Assembly (NCBI GenBank): GCA_000146465.1
Contig: CP001942.1
Reading direction: 5' to 3' (one strand)
DNA: 64,000 nucleotides
The stretch's first letter is position 1; each line of letters starts with the position of its first letter. A model generated the notes under the pieces. It had not been told where the DNA came from. It made no database searches and was given only the letters and a program-made list of their open reading frames with translations. Shown here piece by piece: positions 18,655-29,187 of this stretch. Made by a program: the position numbers and the translations under genes.

Positions 18655-20619
18655 TCATGTTCTCTCCTCCATCGGTCCCATGGTAAACACCTTGACCATT
18701 CCGTCGGCTCCTCCAGTGGCATACTTACTTCCATCCTCATCAAAAGATATCCTATTGACCCGCTTACTATGCTCCTTACTTCTTGTCCTAATGGTAAACT
18801 CTCCTCCTTGGAGATCTGCAGTTAACACCTCCCCAGATTCAAGTCCTATCAGGAGAAGATACTTCTTAGGTGAAAAGCTTAAGGACGTCACCTCGTACTC
18901 AAATCTAGACTCCCATTTCATTCCAAATTCAGGACCTTCATATACAAATATACTTCTGTCTCGAGAACACGTGGCGAGATATTTTGAATCATGGCTGAAG
19001 CTACAATCCCACACAACTCTCTTATGGTCCCTTAGTCTTTGAAAGAACTTAATGCTTTTGCTAACATTATAGATTGACACACTCTTGTCTTTGGAGGCTG
19101 CTGCCAGGTACTTTCCATCCCGTGAAAATACCAACCTTTCGATCCCATAGTCGTGTACTTCTATGTAATCCATCAGCTCAAAGTTTCTGTTCCATACAAA
19201 AATCCCTGAGAATTTCTTCAGCGACGACTTGTTACAGGAAACAATGAAATCCTTAGACACGGCAACATCAGATACATCAAAGTAGTGTCCATAGACCTTT
19301 CTTATCTCGTTGAAGGTGGCCACAGACAATAGCTGCTCATTGAGTGATTCAAAAGTAAAGTCTTCCAGAACTACGTTTGTTAAAGACAGTTCGGCACAAA
19401 CAGCTGCAAACTTCAAACTGTCGATATCACAAAAGAAGTCGTGTATAGACCTTCTCTGCCGGGAAATACCCATTTCCTCCAATGACTTACTCACGTCTTT
19501 TTCCTTATTTTCCACACTCAAGCATGTCATATAAAACACCTGTGTAGGCTCATAGATTCTTAAAATTGTTTCCTGTGCAGAGCTTATGAATTGAAGGTTC
19601 TCGGTATTGAGAAACCTTGCCGAGGTTAGCCCATATCCATGCTTCTGTGGCCTACCTACCTCATGCCCCTTGTAGAATATCCGGGACGTCATATCAAGCG
19701 AGGCCGTTAGGAGAAACTCATCTCTCCAGTCGATAGACCTCACTTCGTCGATATGGCCCGAAATAAAATTCTCCAGAACATCTCCAAACTTGTAAAACCC
19801 TCCAGAATTCGATTGTCCTACAATATAGTCTCCAGTCATTAGAACGTTAAAGAAGGCTCCTTCTCCGCCCAGTCTCATCACATCTTCCCACCTTCCAGAC
19901 TTCTTCTTCCAGTGGATTATCGACCCATCTCCAGATGAGCTAAGTAGATCTCCCTCTCTTGTCCACCACAGTCCGTAAACCCAGTCTGTGTGCCCATTAA
20001 GGGTTTGAATATGCTCAATCCATCCTTCTCCTTCAATAACTCTCCATATCTTTATGGTTTCGTCCTGTGACGCCGTGGCAATGTAAGCCTCTCCATCAAT
20101 GGAAACAGACTTGATGTCTTGGATGCTGTCTCTGTGCCCTTCAACTTCATCCCACAAAACACAACTGCCTTTTCCCCATAGCACATAAACACTCCCCTTT
20201 CTGCTCCCAATAAATGTTCTGTCACAAATCGTTGTTAAACACGTAGGAATCCATGTATTTTCGACTTCTCCCGTAATCACATTTCTGTCCATGTCATATA
20301 CGAAGGTTCTATCCATCGTACAGAACGCAGCACATGATTCCCTCATAAAACCAACCGCTTCAATACATCCTTCAAAGTCATGCTTCCTAACATCTCCGTT
20401 TCTTATTATATATCCCCTCCCATTCACATCTCCTGCCACTATCGTTCCATGGCTACATTCGACCGCATTCACATCGCCGTCCATACAAACTACAGAAAGA
20501 ACCTTTCTTTCGTCAGTTATGACTACATTCGACCTAGACCCATAGGCCATTCCATTCCCAAATGCTGCAGAGACCTTTGGCTTTCGTGTGCAGCCGGCAG
20601 ATATGAAAACAGAGTCCAT
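18655..20619 (-). CDS. ELP2: Elongator complex subunit 2 (ELP2), WD40 protein
   Basis: Multiple WD repeats. TASLDMTSRIFY...GRPQKHGYGLTSARF...ETILRIYEP parallels yeast Elp2 ATSLDQTTRLFAPW...SRPQIHGYDMICVE...EKILRSFDLP. C-terminal LESGEVL and GGADGMVKVF also match. Confidence 0.7.
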   Translation of the reverse strand: MDSVFISAGCTRKPKVSAAFGNGMAYGSRSNVVITDERKVLSVVCMDGDVNAVECSHGTIVAGDVNGRGYIIRNGDVRKHDFEGCIEAVGFMRESCAAFCTMDRTFVYDMDRNVITGEVENTWIPTCLTTICDRTFIGSRKGSVYVLWGKGSCVLWDEVEGHRDSIQDIKSVSIDGEAYIATASQDETIKIWRVIEGEGWIEHIQTLNGHTDWVYGLWWTREGDLLSSSGDGSIIHWKKKSGRWEDVMRLGGEGAFFNVLMTGDYIVGQSNSGGFYKFGDVLENFISGHIDEVRSIDWRDEFLLTASLDMTSRIFYKGHEVGRPQKHGYGLTSARFLNTENLQFISSAQETILRIYEPTQVFYMTCLSVENKEKDVSKSLEEMGISRQRRSIHDFFCDIDSLKFAAVCAELSLTNVVLEDFTFESLNEQLLSVATFNEIRKVYGHYFDVSDVAVSKDFIVSCNKSSLKKFSGIFVWNRNFELMDYIEVHDYGIERLVFSRDGKYLAAASKDKSVSIYNVSKSIKFFQRLRDHKRVVWDCSFSHDSKYLATCSRDRSIFVYEGPEFGMKWESRFEYEVTSLSFSPKKYLLLIGLESGEVLTADLQGGEFTIRTRSKEHSKRVNRISFDEDGSKYATGGADGMVKVFTMGPMEERT

Positions 20620-20697
20620 AGATGCTAAAGGGATAAAAAATTGGTTCCAAAAACTTCTTCGATCTCTATTTATTCCAAAAACATCCAGTAGCTCGCT

Positions 20698-21264
20698 TCA
20701 GCTCTGCTTCGAACTCTCGCGGACCTTGGCTAGGGCATCTTCCAGTACGATAGACAGTTTGGATTTGTCATTGAACGACTTCTCAATGTTCCGTATTAGC
20801 TCGCCCAGGTTAATTCCATGACTCTCCATCACCATGACACTCCTTTGGATCCATACCTTCTCAAGCTCACAGTACTTCCTGTAAAGAGAAGGATTCTTCA
20901 TGGCCATCTTCTTTGTTTCTTCAAACACTTGGTTTACTGCCTTCTTAAGCAGAATCTTCAACTCGATGGAATCCGGGTCTACATCCCTCGTGGTCTGAAC
21001 CACTTCGTTTGCAAGATATAATAGATTCAGCCTATGGTATGTACTGGATCTGTTATAGACAAACATCCATCCGTCCACTATTTCCTTGTAATCTTTTTTG
21101 AAGGTCCTTATAAACAGTCCGGCAGTCTTCATCTGCTCCTCGGTTGGAAGTAGGTTTATCAGTGACTTCAGGAGATACTCCTTCGATAACGAAGCCATAT
21201 TCGAGGGGCTGTTCCTCTGGTATTTGTCAATGCCTCGATTGGGAGGAGTCGGAAACAAAGCCAA
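20698..21264 (-). CDS. CID (RPR) domain protein, Rtt103/RPRD1-like Pol II CTD-interacting factor
   Basis: CID signature HRLNLLYLANEVVQ. Short coiled-coil C-terminus. Confidence 0.55.
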   Translation of the reverse strand: MALFPTPPNRGIDKYQRNSPSNMASLSKEYLLKSLINLLPTEEQMKTAGLFIRTFKKDYKEIVDGWMFVYNRSSTYHRLNLLYLANEVVQTTRDVDPDSIELKILLKKAVNQVFEETKKMAMKNPSLYRKYCELEKVWIQRSVMVMESHGINLGELIRNIEKSFNDKSKLSIVLEDALAKVRESSKQS

Positions 21265-21287
21265 AATGAGAAAAATGGAATCCCCGC

Positions 21288-22706
21288 ATGTCTACCAAGG
21301 TCGAGCCATACATGGAGGTTGGAACAGTGATAGCCGATCCCGAGTACCACACAAGGTACATGTTGAAGAAGCTCCTTGGAAGAGGAGCATATGCACAATG
21401 CTATCTAGCAGAGATAGAAAATGGCGAACAGTATGCAATGAAGGTTGTTAGGTTAAAGGACATTAAGAGCCGGAAAGTCCATGAGAAGCTTGAGTCCGAG
21501 ATAGCAATACACTCGAGGCTGGACAATCCCAATATTGTCAAGATGTATAGGTCGTTTAGAAACGAAGAATATGTCTTTATGGTTCTCGAGCTCTGTGAGA
21601 GAGGGGCTTTGGATATACTCCTAAAGAGAAATGGAAAGCTGAAAGAAAGACATGTAGCGAAGTTTGTCAAGCAGACGGTCGAGGGACTTGTATATCTTCA
21701 CAACACCGTTAGTGTTGTGCACAGAGATCTGAAGCTTGGGAATCTGTTTCTAGATTCGAAGTTTAATGTGAAGATAGGAGACTTTGGCCTGAGTGCGGTG
21801 ATAAAAGACGGAGAAAAAAAGATCACCATGTGCGGAACACCGAACTATATAGCACCGGAGGTATTGTTTGGAAAGGCAAGTGGACACTCCTTTGAGGCAG
21901 ATGTATGGTCTCTTGGAGTGATCATCTACACATTGCTTGTTGGAGTTCCTCCGTTCCAGAAGAAGAATGTAGAAGATATATACAAGATGATAAAGCTTAA
22001 CAAATACATCTTTCCAGAGAACTGCGACCTTTCAAGCGAAGCCATTGATCTGATAACCCAGATTCTGAACACAAATCCTCTAGAAAGGCCGACGTTGGAA
22101 CATATTCTCAACCACAGGTTCTTGTCGAGAAAGGAGCATTTTCTGATGAGAATATACAAGAATCTGGTGGTCAACAGGACACAAGAGGGTGTTATCGACA
22201 CGGACTATGTTCTCTTCAGCATTCCTGTGACAAGGCTAAGGGGAATTGGATATGTGCTGAAGTCTGGGGTTTATGGAATATACTTCAGTGACCACAGAAA
22301 TCTAATGCTAAAGCCAAACAAGAAGAGCGTCATCTATCTGAATTCGACGATCGAGGGGGGAAAGAGGGTATTTTACAAGGAGGAGCATCTAGTTGAAAAA
22401 ATACCTGGGGAGATTCTTGAATCGTACAAGGCCCTGGAGTATTTTATCAGGACATTTGATAATGGATTTAGCTTTTTGGATGTTGAACCATGCTTTATTG
22501 TGAAGATAAGGAAGATAGAATGTGGATTTCTGTTTGTGATGGCCGATAGCACCATTGTGTTTGACTTTTCGGATGGATGGAGAGTGGTGGTGTCTAGGTA
22601 TGGAGAAAGAGTATCGTGCTACAATGGACTTGGGCTTGCCTCGTTTAACTCAGAGATAAGAAAGAAGTGCATAGAGATTTTGAAGAACTGTCTTGGGTGT
22701 GGATAA
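21288..22706 (+). CDS. Polo-like serine/threonine kinase
   Basis: Kinase motifs GRGAYAQCY, HRDLKLGNLFL, DFGLS and GTPNYIAPEV (PLK-type). C-terminal polo-box-like GYVLKSGVYGIYFSDHRNLMLKPN. Confidence 0.85.
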   Translation: MSTKVEPYMEVGTVIADPEYHTRYMLKKLLGRGAYAQCYLAEIENGEQYAMKVVRLKDIKSRKVHEKLESEIAIHSRLDNPNIVKMYRSFRNEEYVFMVLELCERGALDILLKRNGKLKERHVAKFVKQTVEGLVYLHNTVSVVHRDLKLGNLFLDSKFNVKIGDFGLSAVIKDGEKKITMCGTPNYIAPEVLFGKASGHSFEADVWSLGVIIYTLLVGVPPFQKKNVEDIYKMIKLNKYIFPENCDLSSEAIDLITQILNTNPLERPTLEHILNHRFLSRKEHFLMRIYKNLVVNRTQEGVIDTDYVLFSIPVTRLRGIGYVLKSGVYGIYFSDHRNLMLKPNKKSVIYLNSTIEGGKRVFYKEEHLVEKIPGEILESYKALEYFIRTFDNGFSFLDVEPCFIVKIRKIECGFLFVMADSTIVFDFSDGWRVVVSRYGERVSCYNGLGLASFNSEIRKKCIEILKNCLGCG

Positions 22707-22812
22707 GGTATCCTTGGATCCTTAATGATACAGAAGTTTTGAATGGGATGGGGAGAGTTGTTTTGGACTTGTGTCAAAACTAATCAATAAAAGGACATAG
22801 ACGCAAGCGTGG

Positions 22813-24186
22813 ATGGAAGATGTGGAGAACATAAGGACTTCATATAAAGTGCTGAAATGTAAGTGTGTCTACCTGAAAAGCTATCTGGAGCATATTGTTA
22901 CTGTGGCGAAAAGATCCTCCGACCTTCTTTTTCGCGCTCTTCAGATTCCAAGAGATATTGAATGGAACGACCTACTACTTACGCATTGCATAGAAATGAG
23001 CGAGAGGCAAAGGGCTGTGTTTGATGAGGCAGGGGTATTTTATGGAGAAACCTTGTTTAAGGAGCTTGATGGGCTGATTGCGACTATAGTCAATGATATG
23101 AAGATGATTGACGAGGAGGTAAAGGCCATTTCTGAGAGGCCAGCAGAAGGCCTGAAGGAACTGAGGATAGCCCGAAACAGACACATGGAGGCTTGGACAC
23201 ATGGAAAGCATGACCCGTGGTTGACAGAGCTCGGCCTGAAAAAGGCAGTTAAGAAGGTTCTCCTTATGGATGACGAGGCGAACAATGTGATGTATGGAAA
23301 GGTTGGGGGATTTAATATGTCCTTACAGAGTGCAGCAGACAGGTTTAAAGAAACCCTCCTGAGTCTTATGAGGATTCAGAAGCAGAAGTACCAAAAGCTT
23401 CGGGACTCTGTAGATATGGAAACCAAGAGATGTGAGGAGATGGATAGGTTTTTTGACACCATCTCCGAATCACCAAAAGAGGTTAGAGGGGAAGCAAAGA
23501 AGGACGAGAAACTCAAAGAGAAGGTTGATGCCTCGTTTGAGACATTTGTAGAGGAGATAAGCAAGGAGCTGTCAGGAAAGGGTATAACAGTTAGAAAGAA
23601 TCTGGAAATTGTAAAGTCCTCTATATGCAAAGTGAAAAAGGGATATACAGGGGATTGGATAGTGGCATATCTAGGGGTCACGTCCACGGGATATGCACAC
23701 TTCTTTGATGTCTCGGGGTTGTTGAACGAAGCAGAAGGTCTCAAGAACATCATTAATAATTTAAACAATAGCACGAGCAAAGGCTTTATATCCATGTTTG
23801 ATGGAAGCAAGCCCAGAAAGGAATCTGGGGAGGACAGAATGATTTTTGAGATAAATACCAGGATCGGCGAGACGGTCGAGACTCTTTCAAGTCCGGTGGT
23901 TTCGATTAATCTAAATGATAACACCTACGAGCTCGATAGAGAGAGAAAACAAATCTCGGTAAGTAGTAAGCACCAGAACGGGTTTGCAAGTTTCTTTGGG
24001 GTATGTGAGGTGAAGATCAAGCTCTTCTCTCTTTCAAATGCAATAGAGATATTCCATACACTCAAAAATAGGAACAAACTTGAGGAAAGTATAGACAACT
24101 TTGCCGAAGGTCCCAGGAAAGAAGTCAATGAAGGAGTTGGGCTTAAGGTTCTGCTACAAGAGGAGAATCCCTGGGTTGAAGGATGA
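22813..24186 (+). CDS. Hypothetical protein, possibly a helical (BAR-like) N-terminal domain plus a C-terminal PH-like domain
   Basis: N-terminal 250 aa predicted helical. C-terminal GDWIVAYLGV...FFDV...ELDRERKQISV...FGVCEVKIKLFS resembles a PH fold. Speculative. Confidence 0.45.
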   Translation: MEDVENIRTSYKVLKCKCVYLKSYLEHIVTVAKRSSDLLFRALQIPRDIEWNDLLLTHCIEMSERQRAVFDEAGVFYGETLFKELDGLIATIVNDMKMIDEEVKAISERPAEGLKELRIARNRHMEAWTHGKHDPWLTELGLKKAVKKVLLMDDEANNVMYGKVGGFNMSLQSAADRFKETLLSLMRIQKQKYQKLRDSVDMETKRCEEMDRFFDTISESPKEVRGEAKKDEKLKEKVDASFETFVEEISKELSGKGITVRKNLEIVKSSICKVKKGYTGDWIVAYLGVTSTGYAHFFDVSGLLNEAEGLKNIINNLNNSTSKGFISMFDGSKPRKESGEDRMIFEINTRIGETVETLSSPVVSINLNDNTYELDRERKQISVSSKHQNGFASFFGVCEVKIKLFSLSNAIEIFHTLKNRNKLEESIDNFAEGPRKEVNEGVGLKVLLQEENPWVEG

Positions 24187-24465
24187 CTTCCAAGCTTCAC
24201 TCTCTGGAGCTATGTCTAAGCCGATTAAAGATAATGATTTGTTTACGTTCTACTGCATTACATTTTATTTGAGTGTAGGATCTTGATGTGCTTTTTAAAA
24301 TCGAAAGTTGTAATTGGTTAGGAGACACTTCTGATTTGGCTTCCTCTGGGTTTAATAAAGGGATAGGTCAGACTGTCATTTTGGAAAACAATTGGACGAA
24401 TAGAATGGGACTAGAAATTAAAACAAATAAATAAAAGTGTTTACACATATCCTACACATATTCCG

Positions 24466-26058
24466 ATGGACAACGTTTTAATATCTGATGAGAACCTTAA
24501 AAAACCTTCAAAGCCTGCCTACTACGGAACAGCCGGATACAGATCAAAAACATCTGATCTAAACAATATCCTGTGCCGAGGATCCCTGATAGCCTACTTG
24601 CGATCGACAACGTTTGCAGGAAAGATCATTGGGGTGATGATTACAGCAAGCCACAACCCTGTGGAGTACAACGGGATCAAGATAATTGATCATAACGGAG
24701 ACATGCTTGACGAGACATGGGAAGAGTATAGCGATAGAATTGTGAATTGTGATGATGACAAACTTCCTCGCGAGATGAAAAGGATTCTAAGATCCTGCAG
24801 TAACCAAAGCGAGCTTGGGGAGGGGGTGCAGGGACATGTAGTTTTGGGCAGAGACACCAGAGACAGTGGGAAAAAACTATGCGATAACATAAGGTCTGTG
24901 CTAAGCAAACTGAATTGCACTGTGGACGATTATGGAGTAGTGACAACCCCTGAACTTCATTTTCTTGTAAGGAGGTGCAATGTAGAGAACAAAGTGGTTG
25001 ACAAGACAGAGTATCTAAAGAACATTGTCTCTAACTTCTCGAGGCTGTCTTCTTTGACAAAAGGGAACTTCAAGACAATGGTAGATACTGCAAATGGAGT
25101 GGCAGGAATGAAACTCAAGGAACTGGACGAAATGCTGGAGGGTAGGCTGAACTATGGGATTCTGAACGATCCAAAGGGAATTCTGAATCTGGACTGTGGA
25201 GCAGACTTTGTTAAAACAAAAAAGATGGCACCAAAGTTGGAGGTGTTTAATTCGAGCGAGTTCTCCCCACCATCAAATGGGATATGTGCCTCGTTTGATG
25301 GAGATGTGGATAGACTCATATTCTTCACAGGACCCAAGAACACAGAGATATTTGATGGGGACTCCCAGGCAGTCTTCTTAGCTCTTTACATAAGATCCCT
25401 TCTTGATAAGATCGGATCACGTCTTAGCATTGGAGTAGTGCTCTCCTACTACTCAAACAATGCGGCTGTTGATGCTCTTCCTCCGAAGTTGTTCAAGGTT
25501 GTGATGGCCCAAACAGGAGTCAAGAACTTTGTGAGTGCAGCAAGGAACTTCGACATTGGGGTGTATTTTGAGCCCAACGGGCACGGAAGTGTGTGCTTTT
25601 CGCAGGCCTGCATAGACGAAATAGAAAGGGGAAGCAGCAAACATCATACAATTCTCAAGTCCTTGGTGAATCTATTTGATCCATGCATTGGAGATGCACT
25701 GGGCAACTTTATGATATTCAAGGCGCTTATGGCTGATGCAGATGACCTTAGGAAGTTCCGGGAAAATCCCAGTAGACTCCTCACTGTTAAGATAGAGGAC
25801 AAGAACAGTATTAAGGTTGACCATAAGAATCAGGTTATTGAGCCGAAAGAACTCCAGGACAAGATTGACGAGGAAGCTTTGAGCCTTGGAGGGAGGTCGT
25901 TTGTCAGACCCTCGGGAACTGAAGATGTTGTAAGAGTATATGCCGAGTGCCCGACAGAGGCTGATGCAGATCTTCTTTGCCTAAAGGTTGCACAGCATGT
26001 CTATGATATGTGCAGAGGTGTTGGAGACCATCCAGAAATCGACTACACAAATAAATAA
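24466..26058 (+). CDS. AGM1: Phosphoacetylglucosamine mutase (AGM1/PGM3), UDP-GlcNAc/chitin precursor pathway
   Basis: GTAGYR and MITASHNPVEYNGIKI active-site loop. C-terminal FVRPSGTEDVVRVYAE phosphohexomutase motif. Confidence 0.85.
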   Translation: MDNVLISDENLKKPSKPAYYGTAGYRSKTSDLNNILCRGSLIAYLRSTTFAGKIIGVMITASHNPVEYNGIKIIDHNGDMLDETWEEYSDRIVNCDDDKLPREMKRILRSCSNQSELGEGVQGHVVLGRDTRDSGKKLCDNIRSVLSKLNCTVDDYGVVTTPELHFLVRRCNVENKVVDKTEYLKNIVSNFSRLSSLTKGNFKTMVDTANGVAGMKLKELDEMLEGRLNYGILNDPKGILNLDCGADFVKTKKMAPKLEVFNSSEFSPPSNGICASFDGDVDRLIFFTGPKNTEIFDGDSQAVFLALYIRSLLDKIGSRLSIGVVLSYYSNNAAVDALPPKLFKVVMAQTGVKNFVSAARNFDIGVYFEPNGHGSVCFSQACIDEIERGSSKHHTILKSLVNLFDPCIGDALGNFMIFKALMADADDLRKFRENPSRLLTVKIEDKNSIKVDHKNQVIEPKELQDKIDEEALSLGGRSFVRPSGTEDVVRVYAECPTEADADLLCLKVAQHVYDMCRGVGDHPEIDYTNK

Positions 26059-26128
26059 GGTCTCTGTTATGTTACTTGCATTAAAATATCATTGGTCACT
26101 TGCTTCTTACAACGAAAATCTATTTGGT

Positions 26129-26659
26129 TTAATCTATCTGGTCTTTATTCTGTAAAGAGGGAACATACATTTCTTCCAGTTTTTTTTTCCCGATTTCTTC
26201 ATGGTAGAATTCCCCATTGCGGAATCCAAGCCTTATAGTATGTACAAAGGTTTTCTTGGAGTAAACAGAATTCCGCAACAGTCTTACTGTTACAACGTCG
26301 TCATGTCTCTTTATCACTTTAGTTGCAATTGCCCTTGAGACCACACGTTTCTGGCCGTAGTAGAAGACAGGTGTCCCATCTGCCTGCTTGATGATGTTGT
26401 GGCCTTCATCTAGAAGAAAGTAGCCTTTGTAGTTGTTGGACAGCATTGACTTGTATTTACCATCAACAGTTAGAACTCTCTTTCCCAACTCATACTTTTT
26501 TTTATCCATGAGAAACACCTTCTTGAACTTCTGTCTTGCCCTCTTTCCCGGAAAATCCTTTCCATGGAACATCATGAAACTACAAGCAGCGATATCGATA
26601 TACTTTTGCTTGATCCGGTTCTTGGTATTTGGATTCGTTGTCTTTTTTTCGGAGCTCAT
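26129..26659 (-). CDS. Hypothetical basic protein
   Basis: Lys/Arg-rich 177-aa ORF from MSSEKK. The longer ORF start at 26761 would overlap the divergent TFB2 start. Confidence 0.45.
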   Translation of the reverse strand: MSSEKKTTNPNTKNRIKQKYIDIAACSFMMFHGKDFPGKRARQKFKKVFLMDKKKYELGKRVLTVDGKYKSMLSNNYKGYFLLDEGHNIIKQADGTPVFYYGQKRVVSRAIATKVIKRHDDVVTVRLLRNSVYSKKTFVHTIRLGFRNGEFYHEEIGKKKLEEMYVPSLQNKDQID

Positions 26660-26724
26660 GATTCTGCAGGCCAGGATAATGATGGGTTCCATAAAGAGCA
26701 TCAGTTTTAGACCCTTTAGAGACC

Positions 26725-27969
26725 ATGGAAAATGAAGTCTCACAAGCCTGGCCATATCCAATAGACATCATAGAGTATTTTGGTATGCTTCCCGAACACT
26801 CGAAGAAGCGGCTGTATAGGGCTCCTGTGTTTGCAGTATCTTTCCTGAAGATCTTTGACGAAAAGACCACACGATTTATCTTTGATCTATTGCTGAAATC
26901 CCACTCCATAAGTTCTCTGAGAGAGATCAAAGGGATTAAGGAAGTCCTGAAAACACTACTGAGGATCCAGATGATCGAGAAAAAAGGAGATAACATTTAC
27001 TTAGAGGAAGACTTCAGGAGATCGCTGATGGAAGGGTTTTGCATGCTTACGATAGAAAAGCACTATAGAAGTGCAGGAGAAGAGACGGAAACCGATGAAG
27101 AGGAGAGTAATAGAAGGTTTGAAACTATTCTAAGGTCGATTGTCAATAAGGAGAGCAAGATCAGGGAATTTGGAGTCAGGGAAGTCCTTATGTTTGGAGG
27201 GCTCCTTGGCAGGGATGAGAACATCACAAACAGAGGGTTTGAATTTCTTCTCAAAACAAAGAAAGAGCAACTGTGGTGTCTTGTGTTACTGTCCTTGAAG
27301 TATTTTCTCAAATCTGTGGAGGAAGAAGTTTCCACGTTGGAAGCTATATTTGAGCTGAGTACAAAGAATGTTGGAACAGTATACCGCCATTCCAGTTCAA
27401 TGGATAAAAGACTGCTCAAATATCTGGAGGTACTGGGGATCTTGAAGCTCTATGGAGAAAACCTTGCGATTAGGAGGTCCTTTGTACAGCTGTTTGAGGC
27501 GTCTGAACGCAACAGAAGAGAGTTTATAATTGTGGAAACAAACAACAAGATATATGCATACACAAATTCCGAGTATGAAAAGTCTGTGATACATCTGTTC
27601 TGCAACGTGTCTTTCAACCTTCCTAACCTTACAAAGGGAAGTATAACAGAGGAGAGTGTGAATGCTGCATTTGACAAAGGAATAACAGGAAGACAAATAA
27701 TACACTTTCTGGAGGCAAGTTCCAAACCCGGAAGCCTTCCTCCGGCGATCATCAACCAGATAATTATATGGGAGTCCAAGAGAAACAGGATCTTCATGGC
27801 TCCTGGATATCTTTACTCGAACTTCCTGAATTTGTCTGACTATCAGAAGGTACTGGAGTTCTGCAGCGAAAGAAACTATCTTATAGAATCCGACATCGAC
27901 AGGAGGATGATAGTTGTGAATCCAAAAGGTCATGTGTTTGTTAAGGAGTTCATAAAGACAATACTCTAA
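26725..27969 (+). CDS. TFB2: TFIIH subunit p52 (Tfb2)
   Basis: C-terminal Tfb2 signature QIIIWESKRNRIFMAPGYLYSNF...RRMIVVNPKGHVFVKEF. N-terminal LPEHSKKRLYRAPVFAVSFLKIF resembles the p52 N-region. Confidence 0.7.
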   Translation: MENEVSQAWPYPIDIIEYFGMLPEHSKKRLYRAPVFAVSFLKIFDEKTTRFIFDLLLKSHSISSLREIKGIKEVLKTLLRIQMIEKKGDNIYLEEDFRRSLMEGFCMLTIEKHYRSAGEETETDEEESNRRFETILRSIVNKESKIREFGVREVLMFGGLLGRDENITNRGFEFLLKTKKEQLWCLVLLSLKYFLKSVEEEVSTLEAIFELSTKNVGTVYRHSSSMDKRLLKYLEVLGILKLYGENLAIRRSFVQLFEASERNRREFIIVETNNKIYAYTNSEYEKSVIHLFCNVSFNLPNLTKGSITEESVNAAFDKGITGRQIIHFLEASSKPGSLPPAIINQIIIWESKRNRIFMAPGYLYSNFLNLSDYQKVLEFCSERNYLIESDIDRRMIVVNPKGHVFVKEFIKTIL

Positions 27970-28031
27970 AGTGGTCTTTAGAAGAAAGGAAAGATAGAAG
28001 ACAGATGTTTAATTAAAAGAATTGGATAACG

Positions 28032-28538
28032 TTATTTTATGGAATTTATGAACTCCTTTACATCGAATGATATCTTACACCCGGCACCTGCAAGGATTAT
28101 GGCTTCTCTGTAAGGTACCTTGTCGTTTACATAAAATACACCTCTGTTTCCTAGCAAGGGACGGTATCTTCCTTCCAAGGCCCTAGAGTCGATGACCAGA
28201 GATCTTGTCTTGTGCAGCCCAGCATTTGTTTTGATTGCAAAGTAATCATCTTCCCTCAATATTTCCACGACTTCCTCTTCCAGAACTTCAATTCCCATGT
28301 TTCTGGCCTGGCTCTCTACTAAAGAAATAAACTCCTTGGGTTCCTGGACGTCCTTAACGCCTACAACATTTTCTGCTCCAGAAAAGTCCATCTCCTCTTC
28401 CCCGGGCACTTTGAGTATAAGTGGAGACAGATTGGCTGTGTGGATATATATTCCACACATGTAGGTGCCTGGGCCTTGGCCTATGATAATGACACTCCTC
28501 ATTCCCAGGGGATTAAAAATTTTGTAAATCCCCTCCAA
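28032..28538 (-). CDS. Thioredoxin-reductase-like protein retaining only the FAD-binding domain (internally deleted, probably non-catalytic)
   Basis: VIIIGQGPGTYMCGIYIHTANLSPLIL matches the TrxR VTIIGSGPAAHTAAIYLARA N-terminus. The C-terminal RGVFYVNDKVPYREAIILAGAGCKISFDVKEFI matches [35 protein letters not shown]. The roughly 130-aa NADPH domain with the CAVC redox pair is absent, in the same frame. Confidence 0.55.
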   Translation of the reverse strand: MEGIYKIFNPLGMRSVIIIGQGPGTYMCGIYIHTANLSPLILKVPGEEEMDFSGAENVVGVKDVQEPKEFISLVESQARNMGIEVLEEEVVEILREDDYFAIKTNAGLHKTRSLVIDSRALEGRYRPLLGNRGVFYVNDKVPYREAIILAGAGCKISFDVKEFINSIK

Positions 28539-28648
28539 AAGTACCTAGCACAGGTAATATAGATTTCTTTTATTAAAGCTTTCGAATTTGGTGATATATT
28601 TGTTTTGATCACCAAATAGGGAAACTCTTAATACATAGATCTTGTTCC

Positions 28649-29092
28649 ATGGTAGGGAAAGCCCTAATGTTTACCAACACAGATGATATAAAGCTGTCTG
28701 ATATACTATTTGGGAGTGATGTCGAGACCATCCGTTGCGAAAAAGCCTCTGGAAGAAAGGAGGACGAGAAAAACATATGGAAGAGGAATGTCAAGCACTA
28801 CAAGATCCTCTCGATCGATCAAATATCTGCGCTAGAGGACTTCTTCATTAGTAGGCAGCAGCCTATAACAAAAACTAATATAAAACATGCATCAAAGATT
28901 CTAAGGATCCCCTACCAACGATCTGTAAACTATCTCTATAACAAATACAAGAGGGCCCAGGAGAGTGCCGATGATTTCTATCAAAAGTGCATTCACGAGT
29001 TTGGCTTGATAATGCAGAATATAGACAAGTCCTGGGACTCGTACCTCCGAGGATGCCGGGTGTACAACACACCTCGAGACAACAGGAATTAA
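28649..29092 (+). CDS. Hypothetical protein (weak homeodomain-like helix-turn-helix resemblance)
   Basis: 147-aa ORF. The segment LSIDQISALEDFF...IKHASKILRIPYQRSVNYLYNKYKR is loosely homeobox-like but lacks the W/F/N/R invariants. Confidence 0.4.
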   Translation: MVGKALMFTNTDDIKLSDILFGSDVETIRCEKASGRKEDEKNIWKRNVKHYKILSIDQISALEDFFISRQQPITKTNIKHASKILRIPYQRSVNYLYNKYKRAQESADDFYQKCIHEFGLIMQNIDKSWDSYLRGCRVYNTPRDNRN

Positions 29093-29187
29093 AGTAGAAG
29101 AGTATTTGTATGTGCCTTTGGAAGGAGAAGCAGGCCTTCTGGAAAATTTTTCTTGTGAAAGTAAGACAATTTTCGCCTCCCTAAAAG

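Noticed and set aside
28649-29092. Divergent homeobox in the 147-aa protein (ISALEDFF...NYLYNKYKR)
   Set aside because: The helix-3 invariants W48, F49 and R53 are not present. The resemblance is too weak to call without a profile search. Kept as a hypothetical protein.
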